64,000 nt of DNA from positions 9,238,001 to 9,302,000 of the forward strand of contig NC_085847.1 of assembly GCF_035594765.1 (NCBI RefSeq), in the 5' to 3' direction. How positions within the stretch are numbered: the stretch's first letter is position 1; each line of letters begins with the position of its first letter. Below the pieces are notes generated by a model. That model saw only the letters and a list, made by a program, of their open reading frames with translations, searched no databases and was not told the origin of the DNA. Positions 36,401 through 54,648 of the stretch are shown here, in pieces. Source of the stretch: Anolis carolinensis (taxonomy: Eukaryota). Made by a program: the position numbers and the translations under genes.

Positions 36401-39400
36401 ACTCCTCCGCACCACCCAGGGGACTTAAATCCCGACAAAGTAAGTGCTACACCCACTACTTAAGAAGAAAGTTATTTTCATCGGAAATCAGAGTTAGACA
36501 AAGTGAATAACTGAAACTGTTGGATAATAGGGAGGCCCTATTATCCCTTCCAGCAAGCCCCCAGCTTGGAGAGACCCGCTGCTGCCTAGAAAAACAGCCG
36601 TTTTTCTAGGCAGCAACACGCAGGGGGTCTCTCCAAGCGCCAGGTGCTTGCCGGGAGGGAAAAGTCTGTGCCAGTCATGTCTCATTCCTCTTGGCAAGCA
36701 CCCAGCTTGGAGAGGCCCGCTGTGCATTGTCGCCTAGAAAAACAGCAATACGCAGCAGGCCTCTCCAAGCGCCGGGCACCCGCCGGGAGGGGCGAGATGC
36801 CAGCGCGTCGGATAATACGGTGTGTCAGATAAGCAGAAGTCAGATAACCGGAACTCTACTGTACTCCAAAAATTGTTCTCACGCACAGCTGAGATAGTGG
36901 CACCTTTCCTCTGGTGGTTCAATGCGCACATGCACAACATTGTATATAATTACCTCCAGGTGATGTTTATAAGGCATATGAAACATCAGTGAATGTCATG
37001 TTCAGACGTGGATTCGATGTCTGAGATATTTCATGATATAGACAAATGCAGGTATTCCAAAATAAACCTGCAACACTTCTGACCCCATTCATTTCAAATA
37101 CGGGATTTTCACCCTGTATGTTGGATTACAATGCCTAAAACTCCCCCAGTGGTCATGCTGGATGAGCGGGTGCTTCTGAGAGCTGAAGGTCAGGAAATAA
37201 TGTTTCCAAGCTCAACAAGTTTCTACTATACCAGACTATAAATGGTAAGCAAGCTCTTTGGGACAAAGACTTTGCTCTTTTTGTCTTACTGCGCAGTATG
37301 CACTGCTGAAGATTAGTGCCAAAGACATAGTTGTGACATCACCGACCAGTCCACTTGCCTTCATGCTTCTGGAGCTCTTCTTCGGAGAAATTCACATCCT
37401 TGTGAGAGAGGTTGGTCATCAGTTGCTTGTTCTCCTCTTGGAGCTGAGCAATTTGCGTCAGGAGATCTTGGGCTTCCCCTCGCCAGACATCCTCCACCAG
37501 CTCCAGTTCCTAAAGGATCAGAGGAGCGCATGTTATCTCAGGCAGAACTTGGAAGCGCTATTCATTTTCCTTCACAACTCCCATCATCTCTCAGACTCCA
37601 TCTCTGGAGGCTGTAGTCGAAAATAACTTTTCCAGGGTTTAATCGATGACGTCCGCTTAGAAAAACACATGATGCACCCAACCTCGCTGAAGCTCAGCAA
37701 GTTCAGATCAGGCCAGGGCATGGATGGAAAGCCATCTCTGTGGCTCACAACAAAAGAAAAGGAGCTATCAGTGCAGCAATAAATAAATACGAAAGTTTCT
37801 TGGACAAAGAAAGATGGCTCATACCAACTCCTAGTTTAGGATTGTCGCATTAGTACTGAGCAAACAGATCTACTCAGAGTCTGGAGAAGTTACTTTGGTA
37901 ACTCAAGATTATTTAAATACTAGTATCTCTCATTATTAATTGATATTATTACTACTTTAGTAGTTATAAGTCTACTGTTGTTGTTTGCATTGCTTGATTT
38001 GTTTGTCTTTGTTGACTATAATATTGAATGCTTGCCTTCTTTGTATGTAAACCCCTGAGCCCCTTTGGGAAGAGAGGGTGGTCTATAAATAAAGATATTA
38101 TTATTATTATTATTATTGGAGCCCCCAATGGCGCAATGGGTGCCGGCAGACTGCTGACTTAAAGGTTGGGTTGCTGACCTGAAGGCTGTTGGTTCAAATC
38201 CAATCCAGGGAGAGCGCGGATGAGCTCCCTCTGTCAGCTCCATGTGGGGACATGAGAGAAGCCTCCCACAAGGATGGTAAAAACATCAAACATCTGGGCA
38301 ATGTCCCCTGGGCAACGTCCTTGCAGATGGCCTATTCTCTCACACCAGCAGTGACTTGCAGCTTCTCAAGTTGCTATGACACGAAGTATATTTATTATTA
38401 TAGCTACTATAAGCAGCAGGGGATGAGTAAAGCCAGGGAATGAGCCACTTTGGGTGGGCATAGTGCAGTCTTGAACTGGATGATAGGTGGTGAGGACTGC
38501 CAAATTCCTCATCGGCCGTTGCTCCTGTGTCTTTTAACAACAGCTTCTGATACAGAGATCAGCAGACCCCTGGTTTTCCTTCTGTAAGAGGAAAAAGCTC
38601 AACGTGTGACTATCTGCTACTATCCAGGCAACGTTTTTCTTTCTCTCACCCCCTCGCCCCCACTTTCATCAGACGCAAAGAGAGCAGGATGTCAATTTTC
38701 GCGACAATTGTTCTGGCTGTTGGACAACGGAAGTGGCCTCAAGACTCAGGGATTCGGGTGGAGTGATTACCCAGTCCAGAGCGTCACATTCCGATTTCTA
38801 GGAGCACAGGAATCCTAATGTTATTCCGCCTTGCTCTGGAGCAGCCAATGCTCACCCCCACCCCCCCTGCATCCCCTGGAGATGACAACTCAGCTATTGT
38901 TACATCACTCACAGATTCTGGGCAGAAAGAAAGAGAAGTGAGTCAAAAGCTCATGACTTTAGCTTTTTGCGACTCTTTTAACAGGCAACCCAATCGGAGG
39001 ATGATGTCAGTTCAGAGTGTGACTCTGCCAGGAGAAAGAGACACAGAGGACAAAAAGACAACTCTCTTCCTTTGTCCTTTCTCGCGACAGTGCTGGGACT
39101 ACCAAGGAGTTCAATGTCAAGGGGTTCACCCACATATAGGCCAATTTCACAAGAATCAAGATGTAGGGGAATGGGAGCGTTCTGGGGATTGTTGTCCTTG
39201 AAAGCCGACTTTCTTGGAAGTCTTTCCTGGGAGGCCAATTCGGAGCAAAGAGGCCCAGGAGGAGGCTGTTCCAGTCCCTTCTATTCTTGCTTCTGTTTAT
39301 TTACCTAGCCGGCACCATGTGGGAGAGAATTACCGTATATCCTCATGTGTAAGTCAACTTCATGTATAAGTTGAGGGCCCCATGAATAAGTCAGGGGTCA

Positions 39401-40834
39401 TTCCAAAGCCCCAATGACAACACAAGAGGCCAGATGCCCTTAGCTGTTGCCACTGCCCTTTTCCACGGCCTCAATGCTATAGGATCCTGGAGGCTGTAGT
39501 TTTGCAAGTTCTTTAGCCTTCTCTGCCCAAGAACCAACCAAACTACAACTCCCAGGATCCAGGCAGAGGAGGCTTGAGACCTTGCGAAACTAGAATTCCC
39601 AGGATTTGTCAGCATTGAGTCAGGGGCAGTTCAAGTGGAGTCAAACCACATTCATTTCACAGTGGAGATGCACCCATAGAGGAGCATGTTGGGGTGCCGG
39701 CGATTGGCATTATTAAGAATCAATAATAATCAGTAAGTAATAATTAACAGTCAGGATATGTATACTTATATATAATATCATAATATCTAATAATAATATT
39801 GTAACATCATAATACTACATAACATATTTAATATAACACAACACATCACATATCATAATATATCATGATACAGTAGAGTCTCACTTATCCAACATAAAGG
39901 GGCCGGCAGAACGTTGGATAAGTGAATATGTTTGGATAATAAGGACAGATTAAGGAAAAGCCTATTAAACATCAAATTAGGTTATGATTTTACAAATTAA
40001 GCACCAAAACATCATGTTATACAACAAATTTGACAGAAAAAGTAGTTCAATACACAGTAATGCTATGTAGTAATTACGGTATTTACGAATTTAGCACCAA
40101 AATATCACGATATATTGAAAACATTGACTATAAAAATCCAGAACGTTGGATAAGTGAGACTCTACTATATATGGTTTTATTGTTGATATTTGTATATTTG
40201 AAGTTGTCATGTTTGTGATGGCGAGCCGCTTTGAGTCTCCGTATGGGAGAATGCAGCATATACATAAATAAATAAAATTAATGGTTAATTAATTAGTATA
40301 ATTACGTGATAAAGGATGAATTATTCCTTGATAAATTAGCAGTAATTAATTAATTAACGATTATCAATTAATTATACCAATTAATGGATATTAATAATTA
40401 CTAGTTTTAATAAATAATAATTAATTATTAATAACTGATTGATAATTAGTATTTTAATACATTAATAATTAATGCATCGTCAATTAATAATCTATTAATA
40501 TTTAATACACTTGCTGAAGCCTGAGGCGCGGCGGACCGACCTTCTGGTGCTTGCGCTCCTTCTCGATGCGGTCGGCGCGCTCGAGGCGGAGGCGGTCGAG
40601 CTCGAGGCGCAGCTCCTGGAGCTCGGGAGGGACGTGCTCGCGCCCGACCAGGGCCTCCAGCAGCTCCAGCACCCGCACCACCGGCGGCATGAGCCGGGCC
40701 AGCGCCTCCCCGCCGTGCTGGTCGCCCAGACGCTCGAACTCCTGGCCCACGGCCGAGGCGATGTCGTAGACGTCCATCACCGTCAGCTCCGAGGCCTCCT
40801 TGGCCAGCGCCGGAGAGGCCCGCCAGCCCGCCAT
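27890..40834 (-). CDS. RILPL1: RILP-like protein 1; exons 40834-40541, 37509-37359, 34514-34396, 34184-(gap near 33974), 32520-32345, 31949-31857, 28034-27890
   Basis: RH1 ELTVMDVYDIASAVGQEFER, coiled coil, RH2 DPNRPRFTLQELRDVLHERNELKSKV, C-terminus LFSFFSRDKKR...QGLEALQHL*. Intron 2 has a GC donor. The 3' end of exon 4 is inside the gap. Confidence 0.94.
29352..29502 (-). CDS. RILPL1: Alternative terminal exon of RILPL1 (IFTAIMPMVAAGLIPDDPTLQPIRRLMSLV...)
   Basis: Pyrimidine tract and acceptor tcctttccccaaccag|G, phase-compatible with exon 6 (CT|G). The peptide resembles the alternative vertebrate RILPL1 C-terminus as I recall it. Confidence 0.75.
33217..33617. mobile_element. Non-autonomous hAT element with an 8-bp TSD
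   Basis: TIRs CAGAGGTCCCCAAAC / GTTTGGGGACCCCTG; TSD CAATAGAA at 33209-33216 and 33618-33625; internal (CAA)n and (TAA)n. Confidence 0.88.
33790..33973. other. Assembly gap (184 N) hiding the end of RILPL1 exon 4
   Basis: Run of N; the reading frame is open up to the gap. Confidence 0.99.
38118..38386 (+). mobile_element. tRNA-derived SINE (second copy 46443-46700; fragment near 43669-43770 on -)
   Basis: A/B-box-like head and shared body gagagaagcctcccacaaggatggtaaaa; 3' end ctgacacgaa(A)n. Confidence 0.75.
39871..40167. mobile_element. Tigger-like MITE
   Basis: TIR pair. Confidence 0.8.
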
Positions 40835-41060
40835 CGTCCCTTCCCCGGGCCAGGCCCGCATCGAGCGGCGCGCACACGCCGACAGCCCCGCCGCCGCCGC
40901 CTCTTCGCCCGAGCCCGCCTCCGGAGGAGGGACGGAAGGAGGGGCAGGCCCGGCTCCGGCGTCGAAGGAAACGGCACGTCGCCTCAGATCCGGCCTCCTT
41001 CCCTCCGCACTCCAGCAGAGAAAGAAAGGGAAAAAACACCCCCAGCATCACTCTAGAGCA
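40520..41060. promoter_or_regulatory. CpG island covering RILPL1 exon 1 and promoter
   Basis: Very GC/CpG-rich segment; short (CCG)4 at 40888-40899. Confidence 0.75.
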
Positions 41061-41274
41061 GGCCTGGGCCAACTTGGGCCTTCCCCTCAGGTGTTTTGGA
41101 CTTCAACTCCCACAATTCCTCACGGCCCCAGGCCCCTTCCTTTCCCCCCTCAGCCGCTTAGCTGTTTTTACAAATCTCTCTCTAAAAAAGTCAAAGTATG
41201 TATGTCGATTTATTATATTAATTTATTATATTATATTATTATATTAACACACCTGAGGGTGCAGTTTGACACTA

Positions 41275-42450
41275 CAGTAGAGTCTCACTTATCCAAGACT
41301 CGCTTATCCAAGGTTCTGGATTATCCAAGGCATTTTTGTAGTCAATGTTTTCAATATATCGTGATATTTTGGTGCTAAATTCGTAAATACAGTAATTACA
41401 ATATAACATTACTGCGTATTGAACTACTTTTTCTGTCAAATTTGTTGTCTAACATGATGTTTTGATGCTTAATCTGTAAAACCATAACCTAATTTGATGT
41501 TTAATAGGCTTTTCCTTAATCCCTCCTTATTATCCAAGATATTCGCTTATCCAAGCTTCTGCTGGCCCGTTTAGCTTGGATACGTGAGACTCTACTGTAT
41601 GTCGATTTATTATATTAATTTATTATATTATATGATATTATATTATTATATTAACATACCTGAGGGTGCATCTACACTGCAGTTTGACACTACAGTAGAG
41701 TCTCACTTATCCTAGACTCACTTATCCAAGGTTCTGGATTATCCAAGGCATTTTTGTAGTCAATGTTTTCAATATGTCGTGATATTTTGGTGCTAAATTC
41801 GTAAATACAGTAATTACTACATAACATGACTGTGTATTGAACTGCTTTTTCTGTCAAATTTGTTGTATAACGTGATGTTTTGGTGCTTAATGTGCAAAAT
41901 CATAATGTAACTTTATGTTTAATAAGCTTTTCCTTAATCCCTCCTTATTATCTAAGATATTCGCTTGTCCAAGGTTCTGCCAGCCCATTTATCTTGAATA
42001 AGCAAGACTCTACTGTATATTATTATATTATATTATTATCTTAACATACCTGAAGGTGCATCTACACTGCAGTTTGACACGACTGCTATGGGGTCATTGC
42101 CGCCATAGTTTTACAAGTCTTTTGTTGAAGCCTGACCAAAGTACAGTAGAGTCTCACTTATCCAAGGTTCTGGATTATCCAAAGCATTTTTGTAGTCAAT
42201 GTTTTCAATATATCATGATATGTTGGTGCTAAATTAGTAAATACAGTAATTACAACATAACATTACTGCATATTGAACAACTTTTCTGTCAAATTTGTTG
42301 TATAACATGATGTTTTGGTGCTTAATTAGTAAAATCATAACCTAATTTGATGTTTAATAGGCTTTTCCTTAATCCCTCCTTATTATCCAAGATATTTGCT
42401 TATCCAAGGTTCCACTGGCCCCTTTAGCTCGGATAAGTGAGACTCTACTG
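41275..42450. mobile_element. Cluster of three Tigger-like MITEs (41275-41597, 41693-42015, 42144-42450)
   Basis: TIR pairs; spacers are duplicated host sequence. Confidence 0.85.
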
Positions 42451-44394
42451 TACATCTCCCTGGACTCCATAGCACTGAGCCATAGCAGGGAAGGTGGTGC
42501 CAAACCACATTATTTCTACAGTGTAGCTGCACCCTGAAGGAACAGGACCAAGCAGAGTATTCTGTGAGCAGGAAAACACTGTGCTTATGCTGGAATATCG
42601 TGGAGGATCCTCTTGTGCCGGACCATGAACAGCAGATGAATTGTCTGGCCGCAACTTTAAGATGAATATACTTGTTGGTTTTCAAAATATCCTTCAGGCT
42701 TTTTTGAGATTTTGTTGTGCTTTGGTTTTTGTATTTTTTAAAAAATTCCTTACATCTGGAAGGGCTGGGTTGAAATCCCTGCTTCCTTTTTTTTTTTTTG
42801 GATTCATAGACAAAATTTGTATCCTGTGATGCTTGAAGAAACAAGCATGAGGGAAGCACAATAAATCACAGTGTTCCTGGGTGACCTCGGGTGTGTTTTT
42901 TTAGTTACTGGAAGAGACAAAGCGGCCTATTTGTGTTGCCTATTGAGCCGTTCATTCAGAGATTCTTAGGATTGCTCTCGGCTATAGACAGAGGAAGTTG
43001 GGTTGTTTCACTTACCCATGACGGACCAGGCTAGAAGACACATAAGATCCTGTTTTTACAAATGAGTCGATCATTGCAATCCTTGGGCCTGAATTCTATT
43101 ATTTATATTTATTTATTAATTAGTGACATTTATATCCCTCCCTTCTCACCCCAAAGGGGACTCAGGGCGGCTTACAAGTCATATGTACATACAATATATT
43201 ATATTATTCGTATAGCACAATATAAGCATTATATATTACTATATTGTACTATAACACTATATTGTAACATTATTAGTAATATTACATGTAATATAATATA
43301 CCATTATAATTGTGTATTATTATTATTATTATTATATTGTATTATATTATAATATAATTAATATTATATGCATATACAATATATTATATTATTAGTATAG
43401 TATAATATGATTATTATGGTGGAATGATGTCTTCCTGCCCCCTTCTTCATTCTAAATAATTCTTTGTGGACTCACAGTTAGTGTGAATCAAAACAGCTCA
43501 GTGCTCAAGATGCTAACAAAGTCTGTCCAGAGCCGAGTAAAACAAACCATTAGAAGGGGAGTTACCACTTCATCACATGTATTAAATTCCACCGAGTCAT
43601 ACACTTCAGATGCGGTAACTTAATGCTATTTCATAAAAGTAGGTTGTTTCCACAATGGGGACATTTTTTTTTCGTGTCAGGAGAAACTTGAGAAACTGCA
43701 AGTCGCTTCTGGTGTGAGAGAATTGGCTGTCTGCGAGGATGTTGCTCAGAGGATGCCCAGATGTTTTGATGATGATATGTTTGATCTGTTTCTAGTTGAT
43801 AACTTGTGTTTTAATTGTATTTTATGATAGGACAATCCTTCTCTATCTAGCACCCTCTGGCGGCCTTTGCACGGATAATGGAACAGTAACAAATAGGACT
43901 AGGACGCCCTCCGATGCTTTGATGGAAATAGGAAACACTTTATTTATTTATTTATTTATTTATTTATACTTTTATATTCTGCCCTTCTCACCGCAAAGGG
44001 GACTCAGGGCGGAGCACAACATATATACGGCAAGCACTCCATGCCGAGACATAAAATAATTATAAATATACACAAACATTAAAATCAGTTCTGGTACTTT
44101 AAAACCGGCGGTTAGGAATTGTGGGAGTTGAAGTCCAAAACACCTGGAGGGACCAAGTTTGCCCATGCCTGGTCAATAATAATAACAATAACGTTATTCT
44201 TATACCCCTCCTCATCTCCCCGAAAGGACTCAGGGCGGCTTACATGGGGATCAAGCCCTGAAAACACAATGATACATAGCATAAAATTACATTCCAACAT
44301 TAAGACATAAAATATATAAAACATCGAACATCATACTTCAATAGAAGAACCCTCCACTTTATGTGACTATGGAGCTGAACAAACAACTCAGCAT

Positions 44395-44500
44395 CTGGGT
44401 AGTGAGTTTTCTGGGCTGTATGCTCCAGAAGCATTCTCTTCTGACGTTTCGCCCACATCTATGGCAGGCAACCTTAGAGGTTGAGGGGGTCTGTTGGAAA
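44395..44500 (-). mobile_element. Penelope LTR fragment with a degenerate hammerhead
   Basis: Reverse complement ...cctctaaggttgcctgccatagatgtgggcgaaacgtcag... is homologous to the 54.5 kb copy. Confidence 0.65.
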
Positions 44501-44818
44501 CTATGTAAGGGCCATTCCACGCAGTCATATAACCCAGAATATCGAGGCAGAAAAACCCACAGTATCTGCTTTGAACTGGAATATCTGAGTCCACACTGCT
44601 ATATAATCCAGTTCAAAGCAGATAATATGGGATTTTGTTCAGCTGTGTGGAAGTTCATATATCTGTGGAATATCCAGGGTGGGGGAAAAAACTCAGCATC
44701 TGTATACTTGCCCACCATGCACAGAAGAACCGTTTCAAAATACAGACAATGCAGTCACTGTTGCCTGTTCTGATCTAAATCTATTTAGCTGCTTGTGATG
44801 ATATCAGTTTTATACATA

Positions 44819-45714
44819 TAGTAGAGTCTCACTTATCCAACATTCACTTATGCAACATTCTGGATTGTCCAACGCAGTCGACCTTTCAGTAGTCAATGTT
44901 TTTGTAGTCAATCTTTTCAATACATTGGTGCTAAATTCGTAAGTACATTAGAGTCCCACTTATCCAAGACTCGCTTATCCAAGGTTCTGGATTATCCAAC
45001 GCATTTTTGTAGTCAATGTTTTCAATACATCGTGATATTTTGGTGCTAAATTCGTAAATAAAGTAATTACAACATAACATTACTGCGTATTGAACTACTT
45101 TTTTGGTCAAATTTGTTGTATAACATGATGTTTTGGTGCTTAATTTGTAAAATCATAACCTAATTTGATGTTCAATAGGCTTTTCCTTCATCCCTCCTTA
45201 TTATCCAAGATATTCGCTTATCCAAGCTTCTGCTGCCCCCTTTAGCTTGGATAAGTGAGACTCTACTGTACAGTAATTACTACATAACATTGCTGCGTAT
45301 TGAACTACTTTTTCTGTCAAATGTGTTGTCTAACATGATGTTTTGGCACTTAATTTGTAAAATCATAACCTAATTGCCTGGTTATGTTGCCTGGGTTCTA
45401 TGAATTAGTCTCCAGTGTTAATATTGTATGTTTTATGTTGATTTTAACGATTGTTTTTACTGTAATTGATGTTTTTATTGGATAACTGTTTTATTGCTGT
45501 GTTTTGATATTTGATTGTTTTATCGGGCAAGGCCCCATGTAAGCCGCCCCGAGTCCCTTCGGGGAGATGGGGCGGGGGGATAAAAATAAAGTTATTATTA
45601 TTATTATTATTTGATGTTTAATAGGCTTTTCCTTAATCCCTCCTTATGATCCAAGATATTCGCTTATCCAAGCTTCTGCCGGCCCATTTATGTTGGATGA
45701 GTGAGACTCTACTG
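44819..45714. mobile_element. Nested Tigger-like MITEs with an L2 3' fragment
   Basis: Multiple TIR copies; L2-like tail near 45540-45600. Confidence 0.7.
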
Positions 45715-45749
45715 TACTTATTTCTTTGACACGAAATAAATAAAGCAGC

Positions 45750-46056
45750 CACTGTGGGCCCGCCCTCTTTTTTTGCCCCGCCCACCAATCAGAGCCCCGC
45801 CCCACGTGACGTCGAGGGCTGCTTCTCCTCTGCGGCCTGTACGTGGCAGCGGGCCCATCTTTGGCCAATGAGCGAGGGCCCCGTGCCCTGGAAGGGGCGG
45901 GCCGAGAGCGGGAAGCGCTCCTCAGAGGCCTGCGTGTGGCTGCAGCGTCGGGTCCTCCGCCTCCGCCCTCCTCTTGCCTCCTCCTTCGTCTCCGCGGCCT
46001 GCGCCTCTCGCTCGCTCGCCTTCCTTCTTTCCTCCCTCCCTCGTTTCCTCGCCGCC
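45750..46056 (+). promoter_or_regulatory. TMED2 CpG-island promoter and 5'UTR
   Basis: GC boxes, CCAAT (45785, 45865), CCACGTGACGTC, ACGTGGC, and the Kozak context gccgccATG. Confidence 0.75.
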
Positions 46057-52458
<6,402 letters not shown>

Positions 52459-54049
52459 TCAACCCCCCCTATTCTCCAGGGATCCCAGATTCTCTGTTCA
52501 CCATCTACCAAACAATTTGGTTATCAAGATTTCTTAGTTTATTTTACCCTTGCGTTCTGAATGATAAAACCTGTTTTAAGTTTCTACTTAGATGATTTTT
52601 TATATAGATATTCTCTATAGGGGAATAATGTGCTGAGAGTTGTTCATTCAAATCGGCAGATCTTTTGTTTCTTGCTCGCCAAAGTGAGTTTAACCAAAAT
52701 TGCAAAAGTTAGATTTAAGGCCGTACTGTTAGTCTTCTTCAGCCCTTCCTTGAGTCTTTTATCCCCCTCCCCTTTTAGTATGGAAATCTTTTTTTTTTTT
52801 TTGTCTAGGAAAAGTGGTACAGTGCCCTAAAAGTGGCTTTTTCTTAATACTGTTGAAACCTGTGAGGAATTTCTTAATTCTATAAATGTACATGGGAGAG
52901 GAATCATGGACATACTACCAGCCCTGGCAGTATGTCCTGGAAAGTACAGGATGCTGCTGTTTAGGCAGCATCTGTAATATCTCCAGTACTGTTATGTTAA
53001 TTATACTGGGTGGTTCTGTACGATTCTTGTTAATTCGAGATCAAAATGCAAAATGATCAGGTAGCCATGTGATGTAGGTGTGCAAACCAGTGGACAGGCA
53101 GCCAGTTGTGGGGATTTAGTTAAATGTATTGTTTACTTCTTTTTCTGTTTCCAGTTCCAAACTGTTTAGCATTATCCCAGTACTATGTTCAGGATGCTGA
53201 TTCCCGATGCCAACGGGTTAACAGTAGTAGGGGTGGGAGGTTATTATCGTGCTATGCAGCCCATATTTCTTAAAAGCCACAGCTCTGTTGCTGAGCGATC
53301 CTAGGAACACCAGGATTTGTTACCATCTTTTCTATGAGGGAGATTGTGTGCCTTTTAAGTGGCAGAGAAAAATAAAACGTGTGTTGTTTTTCACTGTCAG
53401 TGAATCTTCCCAAGAGGCTTCTGTGCATTTAATAGCAACACAGTAGGGAAGCTTATCCAGTATGGGGATGCAAACCTATACATGTTGATTTTTTTCTTTG
53501 TTGAACTGCTGTTACAGACACAGGAGCCTCTGTCAAGTAAGGAGTTGGCACTCTCAATTAGGAACACGTTGAAATACCAATGCATTTTGTCCTTTTTTCT
53601 CTCTTCAAACACACATTGACTTCAGTTTTTGTACAAACTATTTTTCTTCTTGTTATTTGGATGATGGGTTTTAAAATTGCCGCATCTGTCTGTGGGAGCG
53701 GGAGTGGGTGCTGATCCAAGATTATGTTGTGGCTCGTGTATATTGAACTGATGTATATTGGTTGTAATTTTGGGGATGGATGGGGATGGGTTCTTTTCAA
53801 TTTTGGGGGGGGGGAGCGCAATGCATAAAGAGTTTTGTACCAAATTTAATTTAATTAAAATTTGTTACAAGTTTTCATGGTTCAAGCAATCTTTTTGAGC
53901 CCGAGATAGTTATCTTTAACAGCAGTTCTTCAAATGGCTGTGTAGCCCCCTCTCGGTGCAGCTGTTGTATGCCAACTCTGTGTATGAGACAAATGGAATT
54001 CCAATTAGATGTACATTGAAAAGTGCTTGAAATGTTGCCAGATTCGATA

Positions 54050-54055
54050 AATAAA
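54050..54055 (+). terminator. Probable distal TMED2 poly(A) signal AATAAA (proximal candidates near 53371 and 53854)
   Basis: AATAAA at the end of a repeat-free 3'UTR-like segment. Confidence 0.55.
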
Positions 54056-54328
54056 CACATTCTTTAAAAAAAGAGAGAGAGACTGATGCTTGTCTTAAAA
54101 TTTAAATCGTGATTTCTATGTTTTTCTCAGCCTGTTTGCAAGGAAACCAGTTCTGTGGAATATGACCCAAACCTATTGAACAATCTTATCAAACATTAGT
54201 TTCTTCCTACACTTGGATAATTTGCTAGTGTAATTCAGTGTCTGTGAAGCTGGTCAAAAGACAGGCTGCTTGTAAGTCTAATTTCTAGAAATTTGGGACA
54301 CAGCTTCATTGCCTCGAGAAGTAAAATC

Positions 54329-54648
54329 GATCAGGGCCAGCTAACACCTCCCAACAAAGGATTTTCCCAGGTTTTGAAGCTGAAAGGCCATTCAATGCCA
54401 ATCAAGGTGGCCAATAGCAACATTTGCACTTGCCTCAAATAGATAAAGAGTTCTTTCTCCCACCCTGGACATCATTCCACAGATATATAAACCCCACTTG
54501 CCTAGTTTCCAATAGACCTCCCAACCTCTGAGGATACCTGCCAGAGATGTGGGTGAAATGTCAGGAGAGAATGCTTCTGGAACATGCCATACAGTACGGA
54601 AAACTCACAGCATCCCAGTGATTCTGGACATGAAAGCCTTTGACAAGA
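54329..54648 (+). mobile_element. Penelope-like LTR containing a hammerhead ribozyme motif
   Basis: gggccagctaacacctcccaacaaagg...ctgaggatacctgccagagatgtgggtgaaatgtcagg...gaaagcctttgacaa. Confidence 0.75.
54525..54565 (+). ncRNA. Minimal type I hammerhead ribozyme (PLE-associated)
   Basis: CCU-CUGAGGA-U-[ACCUGC/GUGGGU stem II]-GAAA-UG-UC-AGG. Confidence 0.6.

Noticed and set aside
38118-38215. tRNA gene
   Set aside because: The A/B boxes belong to a SINE head; no complete cloverleaf, and a SINE body follows.
41200-42450. CRISPR-like repeat-spacer appearance
   Set aside because: Eukaryotic DNA; the units are 300-bp MITEs and duplicated flanks, with no cas genes.
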